A program made the translations under genes and the position numbers. The notes below the pieces were generated by a model. It searched no databases and was not told where the DNA came from. It was given only the letters and a program-made list of their open reading frames with translations. From IMG/VR virus record IMGVR_UViG_3300032116_000004, positions 251,779 through 315,778 of that record: a DNA stretch of 64,000 nucleotides; one strand, written 5' to 3'. Shown piece by piece: positions 10,113 through 18,978 of this stretch. Each line of letters opens with the position of its first letter. Within the stretch, counting starts at the first letter, position 1.

Positions 10113-11561
10113 TTATTGTTTGATTAATTGCTTGGCTAGATATCCACAATCGGCCCACCATTCGACCATTTCTGGGAATACTTTGAGAAATCTCGTGCCG
10201 CGGCGTCGGTCATGTTCATCGAAAAATCGGAACCAATCCGCACGCTGACGGCGCACATAATCAGGATCTAGTTTCTTTCCTTCTCGCATCCACGCGATGT
10301 CTCTATCCAATCTCTGTAGTTCGTAATCTTTAAAGCCTTTGAATCGTCGTTCTTCGGTTTCGAGATTTTTCATCATGAAAACCCAAACTTCTTCCAGTTT
10401 GTCTGCGTAACTTTCGGGCAAGATCTGCAGGCTCTGCCAGGCTGGATTTCTCAACACAGGAGTATCGAACCAAACACGCTGATAAGTGTTAGAATAGATC
10501 TGTCTTAATCCCAACATCCCTACCATGAGTTCCTGGAAACTAGTCACTGACAAGTTGTTCATGGTTATGATAAATGTGATGGAACTGCGATGTGGTATTT
10601 CAGTGAGGAATTGATTCACACGATCCCATAACAGGGCAAAATCCATACCATGCCGTATATACTCGGCACGGTCCATCCAAGCATCAAGGCTCACATACTG
10701 CATGAAATGCTCCACACGCTCGTTGTCGCAGATCATTTTCACATAACCTTTGTAGCGTTGCCAAAGACGTTCGTCGGCACAGAAGTTTGATGTTACATTA
10801 AGATGCAGTCGCGGATTGTGATGAGCCATCACATAGTCAAACACTTTATAAGTGTTCTTGTCCATCATAGGCTCGCCGCCGGTCATACGGAAATGTTCTA
10901 GTTCCGGATACAGCGCAGGCCACCACTGCCAAAATGCTTCAAGATAGGGATTGTGTTCACGAAAAGGTATGGGTTTGCGATCTCCTTGGAAGTAAGCAGG
11001 ATCGTTATGAGGTGTAGCAGTGGGCCAGGCGCCGTGACGTTCTGCTTCTTCCATCCAGGACGTAGAAAATTGTGGACTGCAATAACTACATTTGAGATTG
11101 CAAACAGAATTGAAATTGACTTCCACATAACTAGGAGTGACATCTTGGTCCCATGGCGCGGTCACTATCTTTTCAAAATCACGAGCCGCCCAGGGTTCTC
11201 CGGATCTGTAATGACGATCCGACATTTCTCCGAGATCTTCCATGTTCCAACAATACTGACATTCGCCCGGGCGTGTGCCTTCTAACATCAATCGGCGTTG
11301 CTGTTTTTTGTGTTCAGTATTGTGGATACCCGATGGACTGCGTTGTATGTCCTCGATGCGTATTTTGTGCAACGGAGGATGATAGCAGGAATTGGTATGG
11401 CCAGTGGTGAGATGTAAACTGACTTGTTTCCACTTGGCCAAACAAAGACTAGAACTTACAGTATCGAGTTTTTGTTTGATTATTTCTGCATCACTTAAGA
11501 ATTTTGACTTGAAGTCTTGTAATACTTCATCGCCTTTGTTTTGTTCAGACAATATTGACAA
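10113..11561 (-). CDS. radical SAM protein, N-twitch variant (C..W..SCYHP)
   Basis: LCLAKW..NSCYHP..CQYCW; CNLKCSYC; MTGGEPM. Confidence 0.92.
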   Translation of the reverse strand: MSILSEQNKGDEVLQDFKSKFLSDAEIIKQKLDTVSSSLCLAKWKQVSLHLTTGHTNSCYHPPLHKIRIEDIQRSPSGIHNTEHKKQQRRLMLEGTRPGECQYCWNMEDLGEMSDRHYRSGEPWAARDFEKIVTAPWDQDVTPSYVEVNFNSVCNLKCSYCSPQFSTSWMEEAERHGAWPTATPHNDPAYFQGDRKPIPFREHNPYLEAFWQWWPALYPELEHFRMTGGEPMMDKNTYKVFDYVMAHHNPRLHLNVTSNFCADERLWQRYKGYVKMICDNERVEHFMQYVSLDAWMDRAEYIRHGMDFALLWDRVNQFLTEIPHRSSITFIITMNNLSVTSFQELMVGMLGLRQIYSNTYQRVWFDTPVLRNPAWQSLQILPESYADKLEEVWVFMMKNLETEERRFKGFKDYELQRLDRDIAWMREGKKLDPDYVRRQRADWFRFFDEHDRRRGTRFLKVFPEMVEWWADCGYLAKQLIKQ

Positions 11562-12495
11562 TCTCCGTTGAATACTTTTGATCTAGCAGAAGATTGTAGT
11601 TATGATCTAGAATAGATTGCATATCCTGATACATGTGATACAATTCTGACTTAGATTTTTTGACCAAGTCATCAATGAGTTTTAGTGTTGATTGCAATCT
11701 ATCTTTGGTATCAAACCCATCATAGTCTTCGTTCCAAAAATTCCAAAATGTCTTAAACCCCATCTGCCGTAGATACTCTAGATAATTCCGGCTGGCAAAA
11801 ACAATAAATGGTTTTTTCATCCACATCGGTCTAAAAGTCTTTTCGGTAGCATAAAAAGTTTCCCCTGACACATGTGATTCAACTACCACATCAACTAGAA
11901 TATTTTTATAGTAATTTGTCAGCGGATCTGAAAAATCATAACCTTCACTGTCAGTGTATCTATCTGGACTAGACAACAACAAAGGAAGATCATCAATCAA
12001 CACACTGGCGTCTTTGACACTTTCAATGCGATAAGATAATAGTTTGTCAAATTCAAAATGCACCAAATCATCCACACCGGTATTAGCCGAGAAATGTATC
12101 AGGCTTTTACGGCCGTGATAGCGTCTTAAATGTCCTGCAATAGCCAGTCGAGCCGCTGTGGGTCTCCCAAACAATGCATAGAAGACATGCGTTTGATCCC
12201 AAGAATGCATGCTGTTATCTATGGATTCAATTTTTTTTGGCCAGTGATTTTCTAAAAATTTTATATGATAATAAGGATGTGATTCCAATGGATTGGCCGT
12301 GATAACAGTAACATTTTTATGTTCCATGGATTCTAATAATCGATAAACTCCCAAAGTTTTCATGCTCACAGCTTCGGGGGCCACAGTAATCTCAATCGGA
12401 AGACCTTGATTAGCAAACAAAAATCTAACAAATTCATCTTTGTTCCAAAACTTATCACTGGTTGCAAGGATCTGGAAAGATACTGTCATTACCAC
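11545..12495 (-). CDS. putative GT10-like glycosyltransferase
   Basis: VDVVVES..YATEKTFRPM..KPFI..GFKTF..EDYD. Confidence 0.55.
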   Translation of the reverse strand: MVMTVSFQILATSDKFWNKDEFVRFLFANQGLPIEITVAPEAVSMKTLGVYRLLESMEHKNVTVITANPLESHPYYHIKFLENHWPKKIESIDNSMHSWDQTHVFYALFGRPTAARLAIAGHLRRYHGRKSLIHFSANTGVDDLVHFEFDKLLSYRIESVKDASVLIDDLPLLLSSPDRYTDSEGYDFSDPLTNYYKNILVDVVVESHVSGETFYATEKTFRPMWMKKPFIVFASRNYLEYLRQMGFKTFWNFWNEDYDGFDTKDRLQSTLKLIDDLVKKSKSELYHMYQDMQSILDHNYNLLLDQKYSTEIVNIV

Positions 12496-13418
12496 CCCTC
12501 TTGTCGTCGGATCACATCAATCTCACGTGTCATTACGCCGAGATTCTGCCAGTTAGATCTGTAATGATCCTTGAAAAATGCGCTCTGGAACGGGGGCATG
12601 AACGCCATGGGTAATCCCAATTGTGTGCTCAATGGATCGGTATAAAAATCAATCACCCCTGCTGGGTCTTGTTCAGCCACTGTGGATTCCCATATCGTTT
12701 TTAGAGTATCAAACCACTGCACTTCTCGATAGTCCCAGTCAGAAAGCATGGTCATGTATGTGCCTTGACGGGCACCGGCTATGGCCCAAAATCCATTTTC
12801 AACATCGCAGCCTATGTTGTGCCATATCGTGAGATGATCGAAATTGCGTTTATGCACACGATCCTTGAATTCACTCACTGTGGGACGGCGCCCACGATCC
12901 AGGCACATCTTGACGCCTTCTCGGAACCCTGCACGCCAGGCATGGAATGGTGATCCATTGGGATAGGTTGTTGAATAGCAATCATGCATGGGCCAATACA
13001 GTGGATCAAAGCAGAATTCTACCACTGTTTCGTCTCGCCCATCTGTGGATTCATGGGTTTTCATGTTGAGAACGAAATCTCGGGTCCACGAACTCAACCC
13101 ACCGTTGCCATACATCAGACCATTGACATGATTGCGAGCACGCCACCGCAACACAGCACGCTCCCATGATTCATCTGGAAATTCCAGTGTGAGATTGAAA
13201 AAGTTTTCTTGGGGAAGATTGTCTCCATCTATCAAGATGAAACGCTCGGTTTCTGATGCGTCGGCTGCGGCCTTGTGTGCGGCATCTGATCCTTTGACGC
13301 TGTCCACACGTTTGGCCCAGGGGACCATGTTGCGTATTTTGACCCAAAATTCTTCTTTGAGAGGCTCGTCATAGGACAGGTAGACGACGTCAAGATCTGC
13401 TATATCAACTTTCTTCAT
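12489..13418 (-). CDS. putative GT-A fold glycosyltransferase
   Basis: DVVYLSYDEP..AAHKAAA..FILIDGDN (DxD)..YGNGG..AWRAGFREGVK; glycosylation-gene context. Confidence 0.55.
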   Translation of the reverse strand: MKKVDIADLDVVYLSYDEPLKEEFWVKIRNMVPWAKRVDSVKGSDAAHKAAADASETERFILIDGDNLPQENFFNLTLEFPDESWERAVLRWRARNHVNGLMYGNGGLSSWTRDFVLNMKTHESTDGRDETVVEFCFDPLYWPMHDCYSTTYPNGSPFHAWRAGFREGVKMCLDRGRRPTVSEFKDRVHKRNFDHLTIWHNIGCDVENGFWAIAGARQGTYMTMLSDWDYREVQWFDTLKTIWESTVAEQDPAGVIDFYTDPLSTQLGLPMAFMPPFQSAFFKDHYRSNWQNLGVMTREIDVIRRQEGW

Positions 13419-13752
13419 TGGTCACGGTTACTTTCCAAAATTTCTTTTGAGTATAGGTGGTTGGCACAACGATACAAACATCGTCGGCATGGCAAGCATA
13501 TTCGCCATGATCTGCTGGTGCCAATCGCCAACTGCTCTGTTGTGTTATTTTAATCAATTTTCCATCGCGCACTTTGAGATCCATGCGCACTTGTTCAAAG
13601 GTATGACGATCCACTACAATGTATGTGCCAGGAAGATCTTCCATGGAATAGCAAGTGATGGTTCCGGAATCGTCATAGTAGATGCGGAATTCGGCTCGAT
13701 TTTCGGGCACGGTCCAATCATGCTGTGTGGCGGCTTGCCAAAAGGCATCCAT
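13405..13752 (-). CDS. hypothetical protein
   Basis: 115-aa ORF overlapping both neighbours in the operon. Confidence 0.75.
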   Translation of the reverse strand: MDAFWQAATQHDWTVPENRAEFRIYYDDSGTITCYSMEDLPGTYIVVDRHTFEQVRMDLKVRDGKLIKITQQSSWRLAPADHGEYACHADDVCIVVPTTYTQKKFWKVTVTNEES

Positions 13753-14557
13753 AATGCTCCTCCAATTCTAGTGCCAGGGGTTTGTGATGATAATGCACAA
13801 CCCCATGCTGTTCTATGGTGTTGATGCGCAGTCTTCCATCTACCAATTCGTAGACAAATTCGTCGGTCCATGGGCGTGCGTCTGTCTTGAGATAGTTGAC
13901 TGCGGGCTTCATGTGTATCATGCTGGGCCATGCGTCGGGCAAAGTCACAAGATCCTCGCCCATATACTTGGCCGCCATGGCATAGATCATATCAGTGTTG
14001 GCAGGAATGCTATCACAATATTTCAATGTTTTACGAGCCTCGGGCCACTTTTCAAACAGCACACGCACCAGTTCAAAAAATTCCGATGCCGTGCGACTCA
14101 ATCTCCAATATGTGATGGCATTGTAGAGATCTGGAAGATCATTGTCGTCCCAGTGTCTACGATAAGCGCGGCAATCACTGACGTTGTTGAGATAGTTACG
14201 CATACCACGACTGACTACGACATCTCGATGTTCGAACCAAGACCACCAATGGTCGATGGATCCGTTGACTATCATATCAGATTCGAGTTTGATCGTTTCG
14301 CGGAATGGAGAAGCATGGAATGCTTGCCAGTCGTTGGCCAACTTCCATGTGTCGTTGGCAGCTTGATCTCCATGAGGGAAAGGTTTGATGATATCAAACA
14401 CCGGATCTGATTCTTCGGCGTCTGTGACCAAACATATCCTACAATCTGGCATCCACCAACGTAGGCTCTTGGCCAGTGCTCGAGCACAGGCTACGTAGTC
14501 ATCGCGACCGTTGTTGCTGGCTATGATTAGATATCCACGTTCAAATAGCACTGGCAC
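13718..14557 (-). CDS. putative GT-A glycosyltransferase
   Basis: RGYLIIA..DYVACA..SPFRETIKLESDM..HMK; paralog of the next gene. Confidence 0.55.
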   Translation of the reverse strand: MPVLFERGYLIIASNNGRDDYVACARALAKSLRWWMPDCRICLVTDAEESDPVFDIIKPFPHGDQAANDTWKLANDWQAFHASPFRETIKLESDMIVNGSIDHWWSWFEHRDVVVSRGMRNYLNNVSDCRAYRRHWDDNDLPDLYNAITYWRLSRTASEFFELVRVLFEKWPEARKTLKYCDSIPANTDMIYAMAAKYMGEDLVTLPDAWPSMIHMKPAVNYLKTDARPWTDEFVYELVDGRLRINTIEQHGVVHYHHKPLALELEEHYGCLLASRHTA

Positions 14558-15362
14558 AGATTTTCCCCAGATCAGGTTTGTTCATGACATGGAGATCACA
14601 ATCCTCCAATAACATGCGTTGGTGACGCTCTTGATTATCAACCATCCTCACATAGTTCAGTTGGAATCTATCGGGCTCCAATTGATTCAAATACACATCA
14701 TAAAAACTGGTAAACAAAGGCCACGGAATGCTGGGTATAGAATCCTCGACGTGCCCATAAACAGTGTTGAGAGCGATGCTGATAGCGTAGTCATTGCGAT
14801 AGAGATCTTGGCTGAATTTATAGATGCGACTGTAATGATACCAGTTATCTTCGATCATGTGCATCATCTCAAACACAGATTGTGCCAACGCACTCTTCCG
14901 GAAATACAGTACCGTGGCCCACCACATGGGCATTTCTACCGATCCAAATCTAGTATCGGCAGCAAAGTTCCTGCGTTCTGTGACATCTAACACATAACGA
15001 TGGCATAAAATATCTTGATCGGTTTCAAACAGGATTTTCAGTCTATCTGAAGCAACGATATAATCTGTATCAAGCACCAAGGTCTGATCATAAGGACTCA
15101 AATCATAGGCCCTGCATCTACCTCGATTGAACCATGTGGCTGATGAATCCGCATTCATATGATCGTATTTGCGTGTGCCTCCACTGCGACTTTCGGCCGT
15201 GATCACTTGATCAAACATCGTGACATCGTTGGGCGCTGAATCAGTGATCAATGTGACTGGTAATCCAAGATGTCTGTTGATCCTGGGTGCGGACCATTGT
15301 GCTTGTTGCACATAATCCACACGATCATTGTTGAACGCGAATAATAGAACGCCTTGAGTCAT
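14541..15362 (-). CDS. putative GT-A glycosyltransferase
   Basis: Start revised to ATG 15362 (ATGA overlap); GVLLFAFNN..SPYDQTLVLDTD (DxD)..RND..HVMNK. Confidence 0.6.
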   Translation of the reverse strand: MTQGVLLFAFNNDRVDYVQQAQWSAPRINRHLGLPVTLITDSAPNDVTMFDQVITAESRSGGTRKYDHMNADSSATWFNRGRCRAYDLSPYDQTLVLDTDYIVASDRLKILFETDQDILCHRYVLDVTERRNFAADTRFGSVEMPMWWATVLYFRKSALAQSVFEMMHMIEDNWYHYSRIYKFSQDLYRNDYAISIALNTVYGHVEDSIPSIPWPLFTSFYDVYLNQLEPDRFQLNYVRMVDNQERHQRMLLEDCDLHVMNKPDLGKICASAI

Positions 15363-15670
15363 CGTTGTTGAGATAATTGTTGATGCTCGATCAACCAAGC
15401 CGTCATCTGCTCCTGCCAACGATCATGCGCCAGGTGCTGTAATTCCAACACATTGATCTGCACAGGAGTGCCATAAAGATCCTCTATGACTGCGTCTTCA
15501 GTGGGACAACTCTGTAACAGGGCCAAGAGTTCAGGACCTGCCCGCCACATACCGCCGGCAAAGGCAAAGGTCATTTTGGAATGGTATTTTTCTTTCAGCA
15601 GGCGTTTCTGCGTGGCATGATCAAAACGGCTACGGATTTGTTTGACTAGTTGTTCTGGATCCAAGTTCAT
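15359..15670 (-). CDS. hypothetical protein, first gene of the glycosylation/rSAM operon
   Basis: 103-aa ORF directly downstream of a TGnTATAAT element. Confidence 0.75.
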   Translation of the reverse strand: MNLDPEQLVKQIRSRFDHATQKRLLKEKYHSKMTFAFAGGMWRAGPELLALLQSCPTEDAVIEDLYGTPVQINVLELQHLAHDRWQEQMTAWLIEHQQLSQQR

Positions 15671-15675
15671 ACTCC

Positions 15676-15684
15676 ATTATAACA
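15676..15684 (-). promoter_or_regulatory. sigma70-type extended -10 promoter
   Basis: Minus strand TGtTATAAT-ggagt-ATG(15670), just downstream of a terminator. Confidence 0.6.
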
Positions 15685-15695
15685 GAGTATGTAGC

Positions 15696-15725
15696 AAAAC
15701 AAAAGGGCCCGGAGGCCCTTTTTTT
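15696..15725 (-). terminator. intrinsic terminator (possibly bidirectional) ending the tail/baseplate operon
   Basis: AAAAGGGCC-loop-GGCCCTTTT; C(UCCG)G loop on the minus strand; T-runs on both sides. Confidence 0.85.
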
Positions 15726-15741
15726 ACCGATTGACGATGTT

Positions 15742-16719
15742 TTATGATCCAGTTTGTGATCCAGCCAGTGTGGGTGTTCCCCAACTGGTCGTGGTAAGAT
15801 ATGTGGTAGCACTGGGGATCAGTGTGAGGGTAGATGTAAGTGTACCATCTACTGTGGTCAAACCGCCGGGTTTGGCGATGGTGGAGGCAATGGTTATTAC
15901 TGAACCAGCATCAGCGTTGGAACCTTGTGTACCGTTGCTCTTGATGTTTACAGTGATTGAGTTACCTTCATAGCCATAGTAAGAACTGGCCGATTGTGTG
16001 AATACCTGCACATTGGCAGTGGTGAGATCGTAGTATCCAGTGTTAGCGGAGATAGTCGGAGATCCAGATCCACCAGTTTTCACAGTTCCGGTATAACTAC
16101 CGCCTGCGATGGTCTGTGTTCCTGTTCCTGCTGTGTAGTTAAGTGTTCCGCATGCAGTGCAAAGGTTGGTGATAGCAGTGTTTTGATCGCTGACTGAACC
16201 GCCGGTGCGGCTCCAGGTCTGGGTGATACGTCCACCGGCGTTAAAGAAATAACGTGCGGCATCTCCAGATGCAAAGGTCACTGTTTGTGTAAATATCACC
16301 GACGAGGTCCAGGAGGTAGCACGACTTACAGCACCACCGGCAGTGATCGATGTGCCCACAGCGGCGCAGTTCAATCTGTTGTTAAAAATCGTGGTGATGT
16401 TGGTCGACAGAGCTGCATAGGCACTGATCGTGTCCCCTGCCACCGGGCTAGAGATCGCAGTGATCGATGATCCTTGTTGGCTGGCTGCACTGGATATACG
16501 TGCCAGCATGGTCGACCATTGCGTAGCTGTCACTGTTTGTCCTGCTGACACTGCGCTCAAAACTGGTAAAGTGGTCTGACCATATCCTTTGTCACCTGTG
16601 CCCACACCCCATACAGTGTTGACGTTTGCGACGTTGTTGTCACCTGTGCCGGCAGCATTACCTGTGGCAAAGATGTTGTAATCGTCGTCTAATATTACTG
16701 ATCCGGTCGAGTAGGCCAT
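15742..16719 (-). CDS. Thr/Ser/Gly-rich virion structural protein (tail/fibre associated)
   Basis: Composition; ARYFFNAGG motif; follows the tail fibre gene. Confidence 0.65.
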   Translation of the reverse strand: MAYSTGSVILDDDYNIFATGNAAGTGDNNVANVNTVWGVGTGDKGYGQTTLPVLSAVSAGQTVTATQWSTMLARISSAASQQGSSITAISSPVAGDTISAYAALSTNITTIFNNRLNCAAVGTSITAGGAVSRATSWTSSVIFTQTVTFASGDAARYFFNAGGRITQTWSRTGGSVSDQNTAITNLCTACGTLNYTAGTGTQTIAGGSYTGTVKTGGSGSPTISANTGYYDLTTANVQVFTQSASSYYGYEGNSITVNIKSNGTQGSNADAGSVITIASTIAKPGGLTTVDGTLTSTLTLIPSATTYLTTTSWGTPTLAGSQTGS

Positions 16720-16730
16720 TCTTGTTATCC

Positions 16731-18158
16731 TTAATTAATCGTGACGATCGCTTCTACTGTGCCTTCGTCTTCGGTCAGTTTATCACGGATCGCGCGACCA
16801 ATAACATTATATGCTGTCCATTCATTACGAGAGGCTGATCTTGCTAGTCCGTTTCCTGCTGAAACCAAGCGATCACCTTTACGCACCTTGCCGATCACAC
16901 GCACAGGCACACGACCTGTCATAGCGATAGGTGGATGTGTGGCGTCGTCACCAGCGGCACCGTTCATGGTGTAGGCCGGACGTGTTGATATCACACCAAA
17001 CACTTCATCGGTGGCATCTTCCATGGCAGCAGTGATTTCTTTGGCACCACCAAGCATGACCACTGTTCCGGGAGGATATGTGGTATCTGCTTCAAATCTT
17101 TCAGCCAAGTCAGCGTATTCAGCCGATGTGGCTTTGGCGAATATTGTGTTGAAATATCCCGAAGATGTTCCAATGTTGCCTATGCCGTTGGCATTGTTGT
17201 TAATGATACTGCCCAAAGACACAGCGGCTGTTCCAAAATTCACTGTTCCGCCTGTTGACGCAATCTGCCCTGTGACCACTAGATTTGTGTTTATATTAAC
17301 GTTAGATGTAGCACCATCGAGCGTCATACAAGTGGTGGTAGAACCTCCATCGTTGACCTGGAATATGATATCGCCATCCAGTGTTTGATTGCGGAGATAT
17401 ACGTCGGTTCCTGAGACAAACAAACGAGCATCTGAGTCACCGCCCACATATAGACCAGTATCATTGAGTATACTCAATGTGCCTGTGGTGGATGTGGCTG
17501 CGTCTGTGCGCATGAAAGAAGTCGAGTTCAGATTATCCAACAGGTCAGCGTTGGTAGCCGTGCCTTTCATTGTAGGGTAGTCTGTGCTCATGTTCAAGCC
17601 AGGCCCAATGGTTGCAAAACCTGTCAGTGCCGCGGCTGGAGTAAATGTTGGGTCTTTGGAGAATATAGCGACGATAGCATTATTGACAAACATTTTGACA
17701 ACAACGTGATCGCTACCCGGTGATGAATCGGTAATGGTGTCGACTATGGCGCCAGAAGTTCCAGTGCCCGATGTAAAGGCCGGACCTACTAAGATGAAAC
17801 TGGATCCATTGTAGACCTTGAGCTGGGCGTTCACTGTGTCAAACCACAGGTCACCTGTGACATTCGATGTCGGAGCAGATGCGCTGGCAGTGGCGCTGGA
17901 AATCACTTTGAAAGTGGTTCCGTTGTAGACTTTCATCACACCATTGGTCTTGTCCCACCAAAGTTGTCCTACCAAAGGGTCCCCTGGGGCAGTGGTATTG
18001 CTACCACTTTCCAACAAGTGGATGAAGTTTTCATCTAGGAATTCGCCATAGCCAGCATAGTTTTTGCCCACTAGGGTCATGCTGGAATCGCTGTTGATGG
18101 TTCCGTCCGCGATTACCGCGAATATGGTGCCATCTGTTAAGTTAATCGTATATGCCAT
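16731..18158 (-). CDS. tail fibre protein with C-terminal intramolecular chaperone/autocleavage (Peptidase G2-like) domain
   Basis: N-terminal LVGKNYAGYGE..GQLWWD/GDLWFD repeats; C-terminal ADLAERFEAD..PGTVV..GVIST.PAY.MN..GRVPVRVIG..KGDRLVS. Confidence 0.8.
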   Translation of the reverse strand: MAYTINLTDGTIFAVIADGTINSDSSMTLVGKNYAGYGEFLDENFIHLLESGSNTTAPGDPLVGQLWWDKTNGVMKVYNGTTFKVISSATASASAPTSNVTGDLWFDTVNAQLKVYNGSSFILVGPAFTSGTGTSGAIVDTITDSSPGSDHVVVKMFVNNAIVAIFSKDPTFTPAAALTGFATIGPGLNMSTDYPTMKGTATNADLLDNLNSTSFMRTDAATSTTGTLSILNDTGLYVGGDSDARLFVSGTDVYLRNQTLDGDIIFQVNDGGSTTTCMTLDGATSNVNINTNLVVTGQIASTGGTVNFGTAAVSLGSIINNNANGIGNIGTSSGYFNTIFAKATSAEYADLAERFEADTTYPPGTVVMLGGAKEITAAMEDATDEVFGVISTRPAYTMNGAAGDDATHPPIAMTGRVPVRVIGKVRKGDRLVSAGNGLARSASRNEWTAYNVIGRAIRDKLTEDEGTVEAIVTIN

Positions 18159-18179
18159 TCTCTTTACTCCGCTTTAGGA

Positions 18180-18210
18180 TATTTACCACGGTTTAATATA
18201 CTCATATTTA
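18180..18210 (-). promoter_or_regulatory. two tandem late promoters (TAAATA) upstream of the tail fibre gene
   Basis: Minus-strand TAAATA at 18205-18210 and 18180-18185. Confidence 0.55.
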
Positions 18211-18810
18211 TGTAGAGCTCAAATTTGTTAAGGTTTGTATCCGCACTGTATAATCTATCTGTATCTGGCGGTTCAAACTCTTTTGCACCGGGTGGAAGAT
18301 CACATGAGTGATCAACCGTAAATCTGTAGGACTACCGTTCCAGGTTTTTAAACCCAGTTCGTCAAACACATATTCACCATTGAAATTGGTTGAATTGTCA
18401 AAGGCTTGTTGGCCAGCGGGTTCACCGTAGTCCAACAAGCAACTTACTAAGATATCAGTGTAAACAGTGCCCGTGGTATGCAGGATAGTCATGTTGTTCC
18501 TGCTGGGATCTGTATTGGCCGCTGAATTGTTATCTACTACCTTGGCATAGGTAGGATTGTAAAGATCAGCATTCTGACCTGTGGTGTTAGGGGGCAAATA
18601 TGTGATCACTCCAGTGGGATCCACGGATGATCCACCGTTGCCAAAAGCCATGAGATATATCTGTCCAACGGTCTTGTTGGCTAGGGTATTGGCCATGCTG
18701 ATAGATATGTTTTCATAGTGGATGGCATTTTTCTTATCCACAAATACTTCTTGAGTGTTGGGATCAAATATCCGGACGAAACCCTCGATTTTTACTGGAA
18801 CTTGCATCAT
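18208..18810 (-). CDS. virion structural protein (baseplate/fibre attachment)
   Basis: MAFGNGG..LDYGEP..FDELGL..LITHVIFHPVQKSLNR; located in the tail module. Confidence 0.65.
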   Translation of the reverse strand: MMQVPVKIEGFVRIFDPNTQEVFVDKKNAIHYENISISMANTLANKTVGQIYLMAFGNGGSSVDPTGVITYLPPNTTGQNADLYNPTYAKVVDNNSAANTDPSRNNMTILHTTGTVYTDILVSCLLDYGEPAGQQAFDNSTNFNGEYVFDELGLKTWNGSPTDLRLITHVIFHPVQKSLNRQIQIDYTVRIQTLTNLSST

Positions 18811-18959
18811 GCTCGGGTCTCCAGGATGGTTTCTTTGGTATTTGGATCGAATATTTTCACGAAACCCGAAACCGCTATACCACCCACTTCATTGGGTTTG
18901 CGACGTGGCTGTGGTTGAGACTGCGGCGGAGTTGGTGTAGACTGTTGTTTATTATCCAT
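18807..18959 (-). CDS. 50-aa protein whose C-terminus duplicates the N-terminus of the downstream gene
   Basis: Start revised to ATG 18959, 5 nt after TAAATA; GFVKIFDPNTKE vs GFVRIFDPNTQE. Confidence 0.7.
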   Translation of the reverse strand: MDNKQQSTPTPPQSQPQPRRKPNEVGGIAVSGFVKIFDPNTKETILETRA

Positions 18960-18964
18960 GGTAG

Positions 18965-18970
18965 TATTTA
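18965..18970 (-). promoter_or_regulatory. late promoter (TAAATA-N5-ATG)
   Basis: ctaaata-ctacc-ATG on the minus strand. Confidence 0.6.
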
Positions 18971-18978
18971 GCATGGCT

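Noticed and set aside
1-11561. Classical RiPP cluster explanation for the rSAM array
   Set aside because: No precursor peptide, RRE/PqqD domain, peptidase or transporter is visible nearby; the neighbours are sugar enzymes. The operon does continue beyond the window.
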